NCBI GenBank assembly: GCA_038043245.1
Contig: JBBTCH010000003.1
Coordinates: forward strand, 100,601 to 164,600
DNA length: 64,000 nt
Origin: Pseudomonadota bacterium
Lineage (GTDB): Bacteria; Pseudomonadota; Gammaproteobacteria; Nevskiales; Nevskiaceae
Reading direction: 5' to 3'
In this document: piece after piece, positions 55,618 to 64,000 of the stretch
How positions within the stretch are numbered: the stretch's first letter is position 1
Layout of the letters: every line of letters begins with the position of its first letter
Translations under genes and position numbers: made by a program
Notes under the pieces: generated by a model
Told to the model about the DNA's origin: nothing
Databases searched by the model: none
What the model saw: only the letters and a program-made list of their open reading frames with translations

Positions 55618-57156
55618 ATGAAACCAGCTGCAAAGAAAATCCTCGACGATTACCGCCGCCGCATCGAAACCGCGCGCGTCTACGACGTCGCCGTGCGCAC
55701 GCCGCTGGAGCCGGCGCGCAAGCTGTCCGCGCGCCTGGAGAACAAGGTGCTGCTCAAGCGCGAGGATTTGCAGCCGGTGTTCTCGTTCAAGCTGCGCGGT
55801 GCGTTCAACAAGATCGCAAAACTTTCCGAGGCGCAGCGCAAGGCGGGCGTGATTGCCGCATCCGCCGGCAACCACGCACAGGGTGTGGCGCTGGCGGCGA
55901 AGACGCTGCATGCGCAGGCCTGGATCGTAATGCCGCGGACGACGCCGTCGATCAAGGTCGAAGCGGTGCGTGCGCTCGGCGGCCATGTCGTGCTGCATGG
56001 CGACGCCTATGACGACGCCGCGACGCACGCGCTGGAACTCGCGCGCGAGAAAAAACTGACGATGGTGCCGCCGTATGACGACGCCGACGTCATCGCCGGA
56101 CAGGGCACAGTGGCGAAAGAAATCCTCGAGCAGCATGCGGGCCCGTTGGACGCGGTGTTCGTCTGCACCGGCGGCGGTGGCCTGCTCGCCGGCATCGCCG
56201 CGTGGATCAAGGCGCTGCGGCCGAGCGTGAAAGTCATCAGCGTCGAGCCGGAAGATTCCAACTGCATGGCGGCGGCACTGGCGGCCGGCCGTCGCGTCGA
56301 ACTGAAGGAAGTGGGCCTGTTCGCCGATGGCGTCGCGGTGAAACAGGCGGGCAAGGAGCCGTTCCGCGTCGCCCGGCATTTTGTGGATGAGTGCATCACC
56401 GTCAGCGTCGATGAGATCTGTGCCGCAGTGCGCGATGTGTTCAATGAATGCCGCGCGGTGCCGGAGCCGGCAGGCGCGCTGGCCGTTGCGGGCCTGAAAA
56501 AGTGGGTGCATGAGAAACACGTGAAGCACAAGACGCTGGTGGCCATCGTGTCCGGCGCCAACGTCAATTTCGATCGTCTGCGTCACGTCGCCGAGCGCGC
56601 CGAACTCGGCGACGCGCACGAAACCCTGCTGGCGGTGACGATCCCGGAGAAGCCCGGCAGCTTCAAGCGCTTTCTCAATCACTTGGGGCGGCGCGTCATC
56701 ACAGAGTTCAACTACCGCTATTCCAGCCCCCGCGAGGCGCACATCTTCGCCGGCATCAAGCTCGGCGACGAGACGGGCGAGCGCGACGCCGTGCTCAAGC
56801 GGCTGCGCGACGATGGTTATCCGGTGGCCGATCTCACCGGCAACGAGATGGCCAAGGTGCATGTGCGCTACATGGTCGGCGGCCGTGCGCCGAACCTGAC
56901 GGACGAGATACTGCTGCGGTTCGAGTTTCCCGAACGTCCCGGCGCCTGCCTGGATTTTTTAAGCGCGGTCGGTGCGCGCTGGAACATCTCGCTGTTCCAT
57001 TACCGCAATCACGGCGCCGCCTACGGGCGCGTGCTGTGCGGCCTGCAAGTGCCGAAGGCGGAACGCACTGAATGCTGGCGTTCGCTGGATGCGCTGGGCT
57101 ATCGGTATTGGGACGAAACAGCCAATCCGGCGTATTCGTTGTTTCTAGGGACGTAA
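55618..57156 (+). CDS. ilvA: Biosynthetic threonine ammonia-lyase
   Basis: Start at MKPAAKKILDDY. PLP motif FSFKLRGAFNK and two C-terminal ACT-like domains. Confidence 0.95.
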   Translation: MKPAAKKILDDYRRRIETARVYDVAVRTPLEPARKLSARLENKVLLKREDLQPVFSFKLRGAFNKIAKLSEAQRKAGVIAASAGNHAQGVALAAKTLHAQAWIVMPRTTPSIKVEAVRALGGHVVLHGDAYDDAATHALELAREKKLTMVPPYDDADVIAGQGTVAKEILEQHAGPLDAVFVCTGGGGLLAGIAAWIKALRPSVKVISVEPEDSNCMAAALAAGRRVELKEVGLFADGVAVKQAGKEPFRVARHFVDECITVSVDEICAAVRDVFNECRAVPEPAGALAVAGLKKWVHEKHVKHKTLVAIVSGANVNFDRLRHVAERAELGDAHETLLAVTIPEKPGSFKRFLNHLGRRVITEFNYRYSSPREAHIFAGIKLGDETGERDAVLKRLRDDGYPVADLTGNEMAKVHVRYMVGGRAPNLTDEILLRFEFPERPGACLDFLSAVGARWNISLFHYRNHGAAYGRVLCGLQVPKAERTECWRSLDALGYRYWDETANPAYSLFLGT

Positions 57157-57172
57157 AGATTTAAAGACTGTT

Positions 57173-57617
57173 CCGCCTAAAGGCGGGTTACTTCTTTGGC
57201 GCAAAGAAGTAACCAAGAAACATTCGCTCCGCTGCGCCGACAGATTCCTTGAGCTTCTGGCTCGTTCGGGGTACCGCGCGAACGCGGCGTCCATGCCGCG
57301 CCGCGCTCGGCGAACTTCCTGTTCGCCGCTCTCCTCACTCACAGCGAAGCTCAAGGCGGCGCAAAGTCGCTGGAACATCAACAGCGGTGGCTTTGCGGAG
57401 TCTTTTGACTTTCGCGCCGTTTGCGCCACCAGAGCACTGGAGCAAAAGCACGTGAGGCCGAACAGGACGTTCGGCCTAGCGCCAGCACTACAAGGACGTC
57501 GTGTTGGCGCGTTAGTGTTTTTGCGAAGCGCGCAAGGAATCTTTCGGCGCATCCGGCGCAAGAGCGGTTTTGGTGACTTTTGCCGCGATTGGCAAAAGTT
57601 ACCCGCGCTTTAGCGCG
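57173..57617. repeat. ~440-nt highly structured non-coding element with inverted termini
   Basis: The left end GCGGGTTACTTCTTTGG pairs with the reverse complement of the right end (GCGGGTAACTTTTGCC). Internal hairpins include 57187-57213, GGCCGAAC-aggac-GTTCGGCC, and the interval 57574-57603 (strict 9-bp palindrome 57576-57599). Confidence 0.5.
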
Positions 57618-59775
57618 GAACGCTTTGCCTTAGGTGCCGGCCGATCACGGCCAGCACTTGCTCAACGTCGATCGGCTTGGTGATGAAATCGTTCATGCCG
57701 GCATCGAGACATTGCTGGCGGTCGCTTTCCATTGCATTCGCAGTCATGGCAAGGATCGGCAGCTGGGCATGGTGTGCGTTGGAGCGGATCCAGCGGGTGG
57801 CTTCAAGCCCGTCCATCACCGGCATCTGCACGTCCATCAGCACCAGGTCGTACTGATTCAGACCGACGGCGGTGACGGCCTGTTCGCCATTGGCGGCGAC
57901 ATCCACGATCACGCCGTGGCCGCGCAACAGATCGCTGGTGAGCATCTGGTTGAGCGTGTTGTCTTCGACCAGCAGCAGCCGCACCCCTTTTAACGAGATC
58001 GGCGCTGCGGGCGACGTGAGGGGCGATCCTGCGGCGGGCTTTGCCACGCCAATGCCGAAGCGGGCAGTGAAGCGGAACAGGCAACCGGGGCCGGGCGCGT
58101 CCTCGAGCCAGATGCGGCCGCCCATCATCTCGACCAGTTGTTTGCAGATGACCAGCCCGAGGCCGGTGCCGCCGAACTTGCGGGTGGTGGAATCGTCGAC
58201 CTGACTGAAGGCGGCGAACAGCTTGCCGGCTTGTTCCGGCGCGATGCCGACACCGGTGTCGCGCACGCTGAACTGGAGTTGCAGAACGTCGTGCGTCTGC
58301 GATTGCACGGCCACGTCCAACGAGACCGAACCGCGCTCGGTGAACTTGATGGCGTTGTTGAGCAGGTTGATCAGCACCTGCTCCAGCCGCAACGGGTCGC
58401 CGCGCAGGGGTGGTAGCGCGGGCGGCGCAGTCAGACTGATGGCGATGCTCTTGTGTGCCGCCTGCAGGGTGAACAGTCCGGACAGCTTGTCGAGCAGCGC
58501 GGGCAGTTCAAAGTCCTGCTGTTCCATGGTGAGCTTGCCGGCTTCGATCTTCGACAGGTCGAGGATGTCGTTGATGATGCCGAGCAGGCTGCGCGAGGCG
58601 CTGCGGATCTGCTCCAGATAATTCAGCCTGCGGGGTTCCGAGTTATCACGCAGCGCCAGCTCGGTGAAGCCGATGATGGCGTTCATCGGCGTGCGGATCT
58701 CGTGACTCATCTTGGCCAAGAACTCGCTCTTGGCGTGCGTCGCCGCCTCCGCCGCTTCGCGCGCGTGTGTCAGCTGTTCCATGCGCCGCCGCTCGGAGAT
58801 GTCGGCGAGCAGCCCGTCGAAGGCGATGTGGTGGCCGCTGGCGTCGCGCACCACACGGGTGGACAGGCTGCCCCAGAAGCGGCTGCCGTCGCGACGCTGG
58901 ATGTGCAACTCGAAGCCGCTGACGCGGCCGGCGGCGCGCAGCGCGTCGTAGAGCGCGGCACGTTCGCTGTGGCCGGCGATGACGTCCGCGCCGAAATCGG
59001 TGATGCGCGCCATCAGCGCATCCACGGATTCGTCACCGAGCATCTGCGCCAGCGCCGGGTTGGCGCTGAGCACGCGGCCTTCGCGCGAGACGCGATAGAT
59101 GCCGTCGCCGACGTTCTCGACCACCTCGCGGTAGCGTTCGAGGTTCTGCAGCGCGGCCTGTTCGCGCAGCATCTCGACGCGATGGGTTTCGCGATAGAAC
59201 AGCCAGAAGAACAGGCCGAGCATGCCAAAAGTGCTGAAGGCGCAGAGCACGCGGTAGGCGGTGATGAAGTCGTCGTGCGTCGGGATCTGCGCATCGTCGA
59301 ACGCGAACTGACTGAGCATGTAGCTGCTGCCGAACAGGATGATGAGCAGGGTAATCAGGCGCCAGGCGCTGGGCGGCATCATCAGAAACACCGCCGGGAT
59401 CGCGGCGAAGAAGAACAGGCGCGCACCGAGCGCATTGCCCAGGTACCAGTCGTTCTGCAGCAGCACCGCGGTGACGTCCAGGGCCATCAGGGTTGAGGCG
59501 TAGAGGTAGTGACGCCGGTGATTGATCCAGATGGCGCAGCACAGCACGCCGCTCGAGGCCAGCAACGCCAGCACCACCGGCAGATGCTCCAGCGGACGGT
59601 GCAGCAGATGCATGATTGAAAACTGCAGATGTGAAGCGATCACCGTCAGCGCGATGGTATTGCTCATCATCACCCGCCGCGCATCGCTCTCGGACAATCC
59701 ATGCGTGCCGATGCGCGACAGCGCCAGCAGGACGCCGATCAGGGTGGCGAGAGGACGGGAAGGGGACAGGGTCAT
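57610..59775 (-). CDS. Hybrid sensor histidine kinase (multi-TM, PAS, HisKA/HATPase, REC)
   Basis: [28 protein letters not shown] and [11 protein letters not shown]. The ATG at 59775 is preferred; an alternative ATG at 59817 leaves only 29 nt to the divergent gene. Confidence 0.8.
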   Translation of the reverse strand: MTLSPSRPLATLIGVLLALSRIGTHGLSESDARRVMMSNTIALTVIASHLQFSIMHLLHRPLEHLPVVLALLASSGVLCCAIWINHRRHYLYASTLMALDVTAVLLQNDWYLGNALGARLFFFAAIPAVFLMMPPSAWRLITLLIILFGSSYMLSQFAFDDAQIPTHDDFITAYRVLCAFSTFGMLGLFFWLFYRETHRVEMLREQAALQNLERYREVVENVGDGIYRVSREGRVLSANPALAQMLGDESVDALMARITDFGADVIAGHSERAALYDALRAAGRVSGFELHIQRRDGSRFWGSLSTRVVRDASGHHIAFDGLLADISERRRMEQLTHAREAAEAATHAKSEFLAKMSHEIRTPMNAIIGFTELALRDNSEPRRLNYLEQIRSASRSLLGIINDILDLSKIEAGKLTMEQQDFELPALLDKLSGLFTLQAAHKSIAISLTAPPALPPLRGDPLRLEQVLINLLNNAIKFTERGSVSLDVAVQSQTHDVLQLQFSVRDTGVGIAPEQAGKLFAAFSQVDDSTTRKFGGTGLGLVICKQLVEMMGGRIWLEDAPGPGCLFRFTARFGIGVAKPAAGSPLTSPAAPISLKGVRLLLVEDNTLNQMLTSDLLRGHGVIVDVAANGEQAVTAVGLNQYDLVLMDVQMPVMDGLEATRWIRSNAHHAQLPILAMTANAMESDRQQCLDAGMNDFITKPIDVEQVLAVIGRHLRQSVPR

Positions 59776-59846
59776 GGCATGCTTTTCGCTGATTCTAACC
59801 GCCACGTCCACGGGCATAATGAAGCCCGACAGGGACGGGGGAAGCG

Positions 59847-61316
59847 ATGCAGCAGCTCAGCGGACTCGACACGGTATTCCTCAATCTGGAGACCAACGCG
59901 GTGCCGATGCATGTCGGCGGCGTCGCCCTCCTGGATCCTTCCAGCGCGCCTCACGGCTTCAGTTTTGCCGGGCTGAAAAAGCACATCGAGTCGCGTCTGC
60001 ATCTGCTGCCGATGTTCCGCCGCCGTCTGCTGCCGTCACCGCTGCATCTCGACCAGCCCTACTGGGTCGAGGATCCGGACTTCGATCTGGAAAACCACGT
60101 GCGCCACCGCGCGCTGCCGAGTCCCGGCACCCCGCAGCAATTGAGCGATTTCGTCTGCGACGTGGTCAGCACCCGGCTCGATCGCTCGATGCCGCTGTGG
60201 CGCATCTACTACGTCGAAGGACTCGAAGGCGGTCGCGTCGCGGTCATCACCAAGATTCACCACGCCTGCATTGACGGGGTCTCCGGTGCCGAGATGTTGT
60301 CGACGCTGATGGACCTGTCGCCCGAGGGCCGCGAGATCGCGCCGCCTTCGCTGCCGTGGACGCCGGACACGCTGCCGTCGCCGGCGGAGTTGCTGAAGAC
60401 TTCACTGCGCAATTTTTCGCAACGTCCGGCTGAAGCCTGGAAGCTGCTGAAGGAATCCGCCGGCATCGCCGCGACCATCGGCAAGATGGAACTGGCCAAG
60501 CGCTGGGCGGTCTTCCGCGATCCGCCCGGCCCGCCGGAAGAACCGGAGTACGACCGCGACCAGGCGATGAAGTCGGGTTCGGCGCCGCGCATGCTGTTCA
60601 ACACCACCATCAATGCGCGCCGTTCGTATGCGTTCCGCTCGCTGCCGCTGGCGGACGTGAAGTTCGTCAAGAACGCGTTCGGCAGTTCAGTCAACGACGT
60701 CGTGCTGTGCATCTCGGCGCAGGCGTTGCGCGACTACCTCAACGCCAAGAACGCGCTGCCGGGCAAATCGCTGATCGCGGCGATCCCAGTATCGGTGCGC
60801 AGCGAGGATGAAAAAGGCGCCGGCGGCAACAAGGTGACGATGGCGCGTACGCCGCTGGGCACGCACATCGCCGATCCGGTCGAGCGTCTGCGCGCGATCT
60901 CCGGGCGCATGGGCAAGGTCAAGCAGGGCCTGAAGGCGGTCCCGGCGCGGCTGATCATGGACTGGGCCAATGTGCCGGCGCCGGCGTTGATGGCGCAGGC
61001 CGCGCGCCTGTCGGAGAACTTCAGCATCCTCGATTACGTGCATCCGCCGTACAACGTCGTCATCTCCAATGTGCCGGGTCCGGCCAAGCCGCTGTATTTC
61101 GCCGGTGCACGCGTGCTGGCCAACTACCCGGTGTCCATTCCGTATCACGGCCTAGCGTTCAACATCACCGTGATGAGTTACCAGAACAATCTCGACATCG
61201 GCCTCACCGGCCACCGTGGCACCGTGCCGGATCCCGAGACGATCATGCGCGGCATGGCGCAGGCGCTTGCGGATCTGAAGGCGCGCGCCGAGAATCTTCT
61301 GCAAAAATCCGCCTAA
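59847..61316 (+). CDS. Wax ester synthase / diacylglycerol acyltransferase (WS/DGAT)
   Basis: MQQLSGLDTVFL... and the catalytic HHACIDGVSG (HHxxxDG) motif. Confidence 0.9.
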   Translation: MQQLSGLDTVFLNLETNAVPMHVGGVALLDPSSAPHGFSFAGLKKHIESRLHLLPMFRRRLLPSPLHLDQPYWVEDPDFDLENHVRHRALPSPGTPQQLSDFVCDVVSTRLDRSMPLWRIYYVEGLEGGRVAVITKIHHACIDGVSGAEMLSTLMDLSPEGREIAPPSLPWTPDTLPSPAELLKTSLRNFSQRPAEAWKLLKESAGIAATIGKMELAKRWAVFRDPPGPPEEPEYDRDQAMKSGSAPRMLFNTTINARRSYAFRSLPLADVKFVKNAFGSSVNDVVLCISAQALRDYLNAKNALPGKSLIAAIPVSVRSEDEKGAGGNKVTMARTPLGTHIADPVERLRAISGRMGKVKQGLKAVPARLIMDWANVPAPALMAQAARLSENFSILDYVHPPYNVVISNVPGPAKPLYFAGARVLANYPVSIPYHGLAFNITVMSYQNNLDIGLTGHRGTVPDPETIMRGMAQALADLKARAENLLQKSA

Positions 61317-61329
61317 AACCAAAAAAACC

Positions 61330-62235
61330 ATGAACGCCAACGACAATCTGATCCGCACGCTCTATACCCTGGTCACCGAAGACCGCTGGGAGCATTTCCG
61401 CGCCGATGCCTTGATGTGCGTGGCCGAGCACTTCGGCGCCGGCGGCGCCGCCTGGGTCACGCACAGCGATGCGGGTGCCGTCGGCGAATTCAACGTCTTT
61501 CCGGAAAAGCTGTCGATGCAGCCGATGACGCTGATCTCGCTGCCCTTCAAGGGCGGCGACGAGATCACGCTCAACGAAGCGCCTGCGCCGGGTCTGAAGA
61601 AAGGTCTCGCGCTGCGTTACAAGCATCAATCCGGAAATCTGATCAGCGTGATGGCGTTCTGGTTCGCCGCGGCCGGCAAGACGCCCGACGGTGCGCAACT
61701 GCAACTGGTCGGCGCGCATCTGGCGGAAGCCGGCCAGCTGGCGCTGGCGCAATACATCCAGCGCGACGAATGGCTGTTCCGCCTCGGCCGCTCCAATCGT
61801 GGCACCGCCGCGCTGGTGGATGAACACGGTACGGTCTATGCCGCCAGCCGCCGCTTTCGCGCGCTGTTGGCCGAGCTGGCTGACGGCGAGAGTTTCCAGA
61901 AGCTGCCGTTCGTGCTGCCGGAAGCGGCCTTCGAGGAGCAGGGCCAGTTTGCGCAGGGGGGGCTGCATTTCCGCGCGGCGCGCGTCGGCCGTCTGCAACT
62001 GCTGCACGCCCGCAAGCCGATGCCACTCGACGGTCTGTCGCCACGTGAACAGGAGATCGCCCGCGCGTTGGCGGCCGGTCGCACCTTCAAGACCGTGGCG
62101 CGCAATTTCGGCATCGCCATTTCCACCGTGGCCAACCACGCCTCGCGCATCTACAAGAAGCTCAGCATCTATCGCCGCGAGGAACTGGTTGCGCTGTTGC
62201 GCAAGCCGGGGCAGAACGATCCGGGTGACGCTTAA
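61330..62235 (+). CDS. LuxR-family transcriptional regulator with uncharacterised N-terminal domain
   Basis: C-terminal LSPREQEIARALAAGRTFKTVARNFGIAISTVANHASRIYKKL. Confidence 0.75.
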   Translation: MNANDNLIRTLYTLVTEDRWEHFRADALMCVAEHFGAGGAAWVTHSDAGAVGEFNVFPEKLSMQPMTLISLPFKGGDEITLNEAPAPGLKKGLALRYKHQSGNLISVMAFWFAAAGKTPDGAQLQLVGAHLAEAGQLALAQYIQRDEWLFRLGRSNRGTAALVDEHGTVYAASRRFRALLAELADGESFQKLPFVLPEAAFEEQGQFAQGGLHFRAARVGRLQLLHARKPMPLDGLSPREQEIARALAAGRTFKTVARNFGIAISTVANHASRIYKKLSIYRREELVALLRKPGQNDPGDA

Positions 62236-62879
62236 ATTTGCGTGTTGACCAAGCCCATGCGCGCCGCTTCCAGCGCGGCTTCGGCGCGGGTCGAGATGTT
62301 CAACTTGCGATAGATCGCCTTGACATGGCTTGCCGAGGTGTTGCGGGTGATGCCGAGTTTTTCCGCCAGCTCGGCCAGCGGCAGTCCCTTGGCGAGCAGC
62401 GTCAGCACCTCGGTCTCGCGCGCGGATAATTTTTCATCGGCGCTGGCATTGGGTCTCGTGCCCGCCTGAAACACGCGCAGCAGACGCTGTGCGATCGCCG
62501 GTGACAGCGGCGGCTCGCCGGCGACGATGCGGCGCAGTCCGTCTTGGAGGTGTTCGCGCGGCTGGTCCTTGAGCAGATAGCCGCGCGCGCCGGCCCGCAG
62601 CGCGGGGAACAGATGCTGGTCGTCGGCGAACAAGGTGGTGACGATGCACTGGCAGTCCGGCGCTTCTCGCGCCAGGCGCTCGATCAGTTCGACGCCGGAG
62701 CCGTCCGGCAAACCCAGGTCCACCAGCGCGATGTCGGGTTTGAACCCGCGCGTGAGTCTGCGCGCCTGCGCCAGTGTCGCGGCGGTGCGCACCTCGATGC
62801 CGGGGAAGACTTCAGCCAGCATCTGCGTCAGCCACTGTGAGGCGGCAGCCACGTCTTCCAGCACCAATGCCGTTTTCAT
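62232..62879 (-). CDS. NarL/LuxR-family response regulator
   Basis: ALVDLGLPDGSG receiver and LSARETEVLTLLAKGLPLAELAEKLGITRNTSASHVKAIYRKL. Confidence 0.9.
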   Translation of the reverse strand: MKTALVLEDVAAASQWLTQMLAEVFPGIEVRTAATLAQARRLTRGFKPDIALVDLGLPDGSGVELIERLAREAPDCQCIVTTLFADDQHLFPALRAGARGYLLKDQPREHLQDGLRRIVAGEPPLSPAIAQRLLRVFQAGTRPNASADEKLSARETEVLTLLAKGLPLAELAEKLGITRNTSASHVKAIYRKLNISTRAEAALEAARMGLVNTQI

Positions 62880-62901
62880 GGCTCAGTCTGCTCAGTCGCG
62901 T

Positions 62902-63627
62902 TCACTCGCGCCTCACCTGAACGGGGGGCAACGGGGCGGGCAATGGAAATCTCAGCACCACCTTGGTGCCGGCGACGGTGCCGGGTTGCCAGTGGATCTG
63001 CCCGCGCAGCTCCGCGGCGCGGTTCTGCATCGCCGCGGTGCCGCGACCCTGACCGACGCTGTCGCTGCTCATGCCTGGGCCATCGTCGGTGACCTCGAAC
63101 AGCAGATCCTGTCCCGCGCAGCCGATGCGTATCCGCACCTGGCGCGCATGGGCGTGACGCAGGGCATTGGTCACCGCCTCGCGCGCGATGCGGAACAGGT
63201 TCAGGGTCTGCACTTCATCCAGCATCGGGTCGGGCAAATCGTCGGGTTGTTCCCAGATCGGTTTCGCGCGCATCACCAGCAGGCGTTGCGTGGTCTCGTC
63301 GCGAATCTGCGCCAGCACGTCCAGCAGCGAGGCGGCACCGGTGCGCGTGCGCGTCACCACGTCGCGCAGGTCCTGCAGCACTTCGCGCGCCAGGTCCGCT
63401 TGCCCTGGATTTTCGGCGGTGTGCACCAGCGTCAGCAGTTTGGCGCCGATGTCGTCGTGCAGGTCGTTGAGGATGCGCTGGCGTTCGGCTGCAGTCGCTT
63501 TGACACGTTCCAGCAGCTGCGCCGTCTGTGCATCCACTTTCTGTGTCCGCAGGCGGCGACGCAGTCTGACGACGGTGAAGAGGGCGGCGGCCAGCGACAG
63601 AACGAGTAGCAGCAGGAGCGCGTTCAT
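62902..63627 (-). CDS. Sensor histidine kinase, HisKA_3/NarX-LiaS type, single TM
   Basis: Start at MNALLLLLVLSL. LNDLHDDIGAKL H-box and a C-terminal HATPase (VTDDGPGM). Confidence 0.85.
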   Translation of the reverse strand: MNALLLLLVLSLAAALFTVVRLRRRLRTQKVDAQTAQLLERVKATAAERQRILNDLHDDIGAKLLTLVHTAENPGQADLAREVLQDLRDVVTRTRTGAASLLDVLAQIRDETTQRLLVMRAKPIWEQPDDLPDPMLDEVQTLNLFRIAREAVTNALRHAHARQVRIRIGCAGQDLLFEVTDDGPGMSSDSVGQGRGTAAMQNRAAELRGQIHWQPGTVAGTKVVLRFPLPAPLPPVQVRRE

Positions 63628-64000
63628 GAGCGTGGCTTGACCTGCAAGGCGAGCAGCGCATTGCGATACCGGCGTGTGGAGGGGTGGTTGGCGCCCAATA
63701 TCGTTTCGCCCTCCACCGCCGCCCGTTGCAGCCATTCGGCCGCTTCGCTGTGCCGGCCCTGTTTCATCAAGGCCTCGCCGAGCGTGCCGTAAAGCCGGGG
63801 GCCGCCGCTGCGCGGATCGATGCCGGTGTCCGTGACGATGCGCACGCCTTCGCGCAGCACTTTTTCCGCCTCACGCAGTTTGCCCTGCGCGATCAGCGCC
63901 GAGCCCAGCGCCGAGCGGGCGTTGAGGGTGCCGGTGGCGGCAGGGCCGAACAGCGGTGTGAGGCCGGTCAGCGCGCCGCGCGCCAGCGCTTCTGCCTCCG
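63624..64000 (-). CDS. TPR-like repeat protein, 3' part (runs off the window)
   Basis: ...GEALMKQGRHSEAAEWLQRAAVEGETILG... Its stop overlaps the kinase start. The frame appears open to the window end. Confidence 0.4.
   Translation of the reverse strand, partial: EAEALARGALTGLTPLFGPAATGTLNARSALGSALIAQGKLREAEKVLREGVRIVTDTGIDPRSGGPRLYGTLGEALMKQGRHSEAAEWLQRAAVEGETILGANHPSTRRYRNALLALQVKPRS

Noticed and set aside
54840-56012. 390-aa plus-strand ORF containing VIPAKAGIQSFKTLDTGLRRCDEF
   Set aside because: It runs antisense through proC, then through the REP-like element at 55532-55600 (the VIPAKAGIQ peptide is the repeat's translation), and then out of frame into ilvA.

Overview
High-GC (roughly mid-60s %) proteobacterial chromosomal window with about 60 credible genes. 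No rRNA, CRISPR array, transposase, integrase or phage gene was seen. The gene order aroQ-accB-accC-prmA and alaS-lysC-csrA next to a tRNA resembles Pseudomonas/Xanthomonas-type Gammaproteobacteria; I cannot name the organism.

Layout:
- 1-13.1 kb: a DUF1329 gene, then six secreted or lipoprotein serine hydrolases (two tandem paralog pairs, a beta-lactamase-family enzyme and a large alpha/beta hydrolase), then an acyl-CoA synthetase and an enoyl-CoA hydratase.
- 13.3-24.65 kb: tRNA-Arg(ACG) followed by an ~11.2 kb lower-GC island. The island is bounded by a duplicated tRNA-3'-half plus terminator. It carries a Csu-type (spore-coat-U) chaperone-usher pilus operon and a dedicated multi-step phosphorelay, and it has no integrase.
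- 24.66-34.4 kb: housekeeping genes csrA, lysC, alaS, prmA, a RelE/ParE toxin-antitoxin cassette, accC, accB, aroQ, tlpA, a stand-alone DsbD-alpha domain and cutA.
- 34.4-47.3 kb: putA, a MATE pump, a 1-Cys peroxiredoxin, a four-gene lysine-to-2-oxoglutarate module with an Lrp regulator, and ilvD.
- 47.3-64 kb: DUF3047, a COG2945 hydrolase, a Glu-rich secreted protein, an HTTM-DCC fusion, tatD, metXW, yggT, proC, ilvA, a hybrid kinase, WS/DGAT, a LuxR regulator and a TPR-kinase-regulator module.

Most unusual observations:
- alaS carries two in-frame insertions: a ~112-aa AT-rich foreign segment and a ~35-aa palindromic-repeat element.
- The island at tRNA-Arg has no integrase.
- A G11 tract sits upstream of the island's kinase gene.
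- The secreted hydrolase genes form one co-directional cluster.
- A ~122-nt MITE-like family recurs at three sites.

Long antisense ORFs typical of high-GC DNA were discarded.
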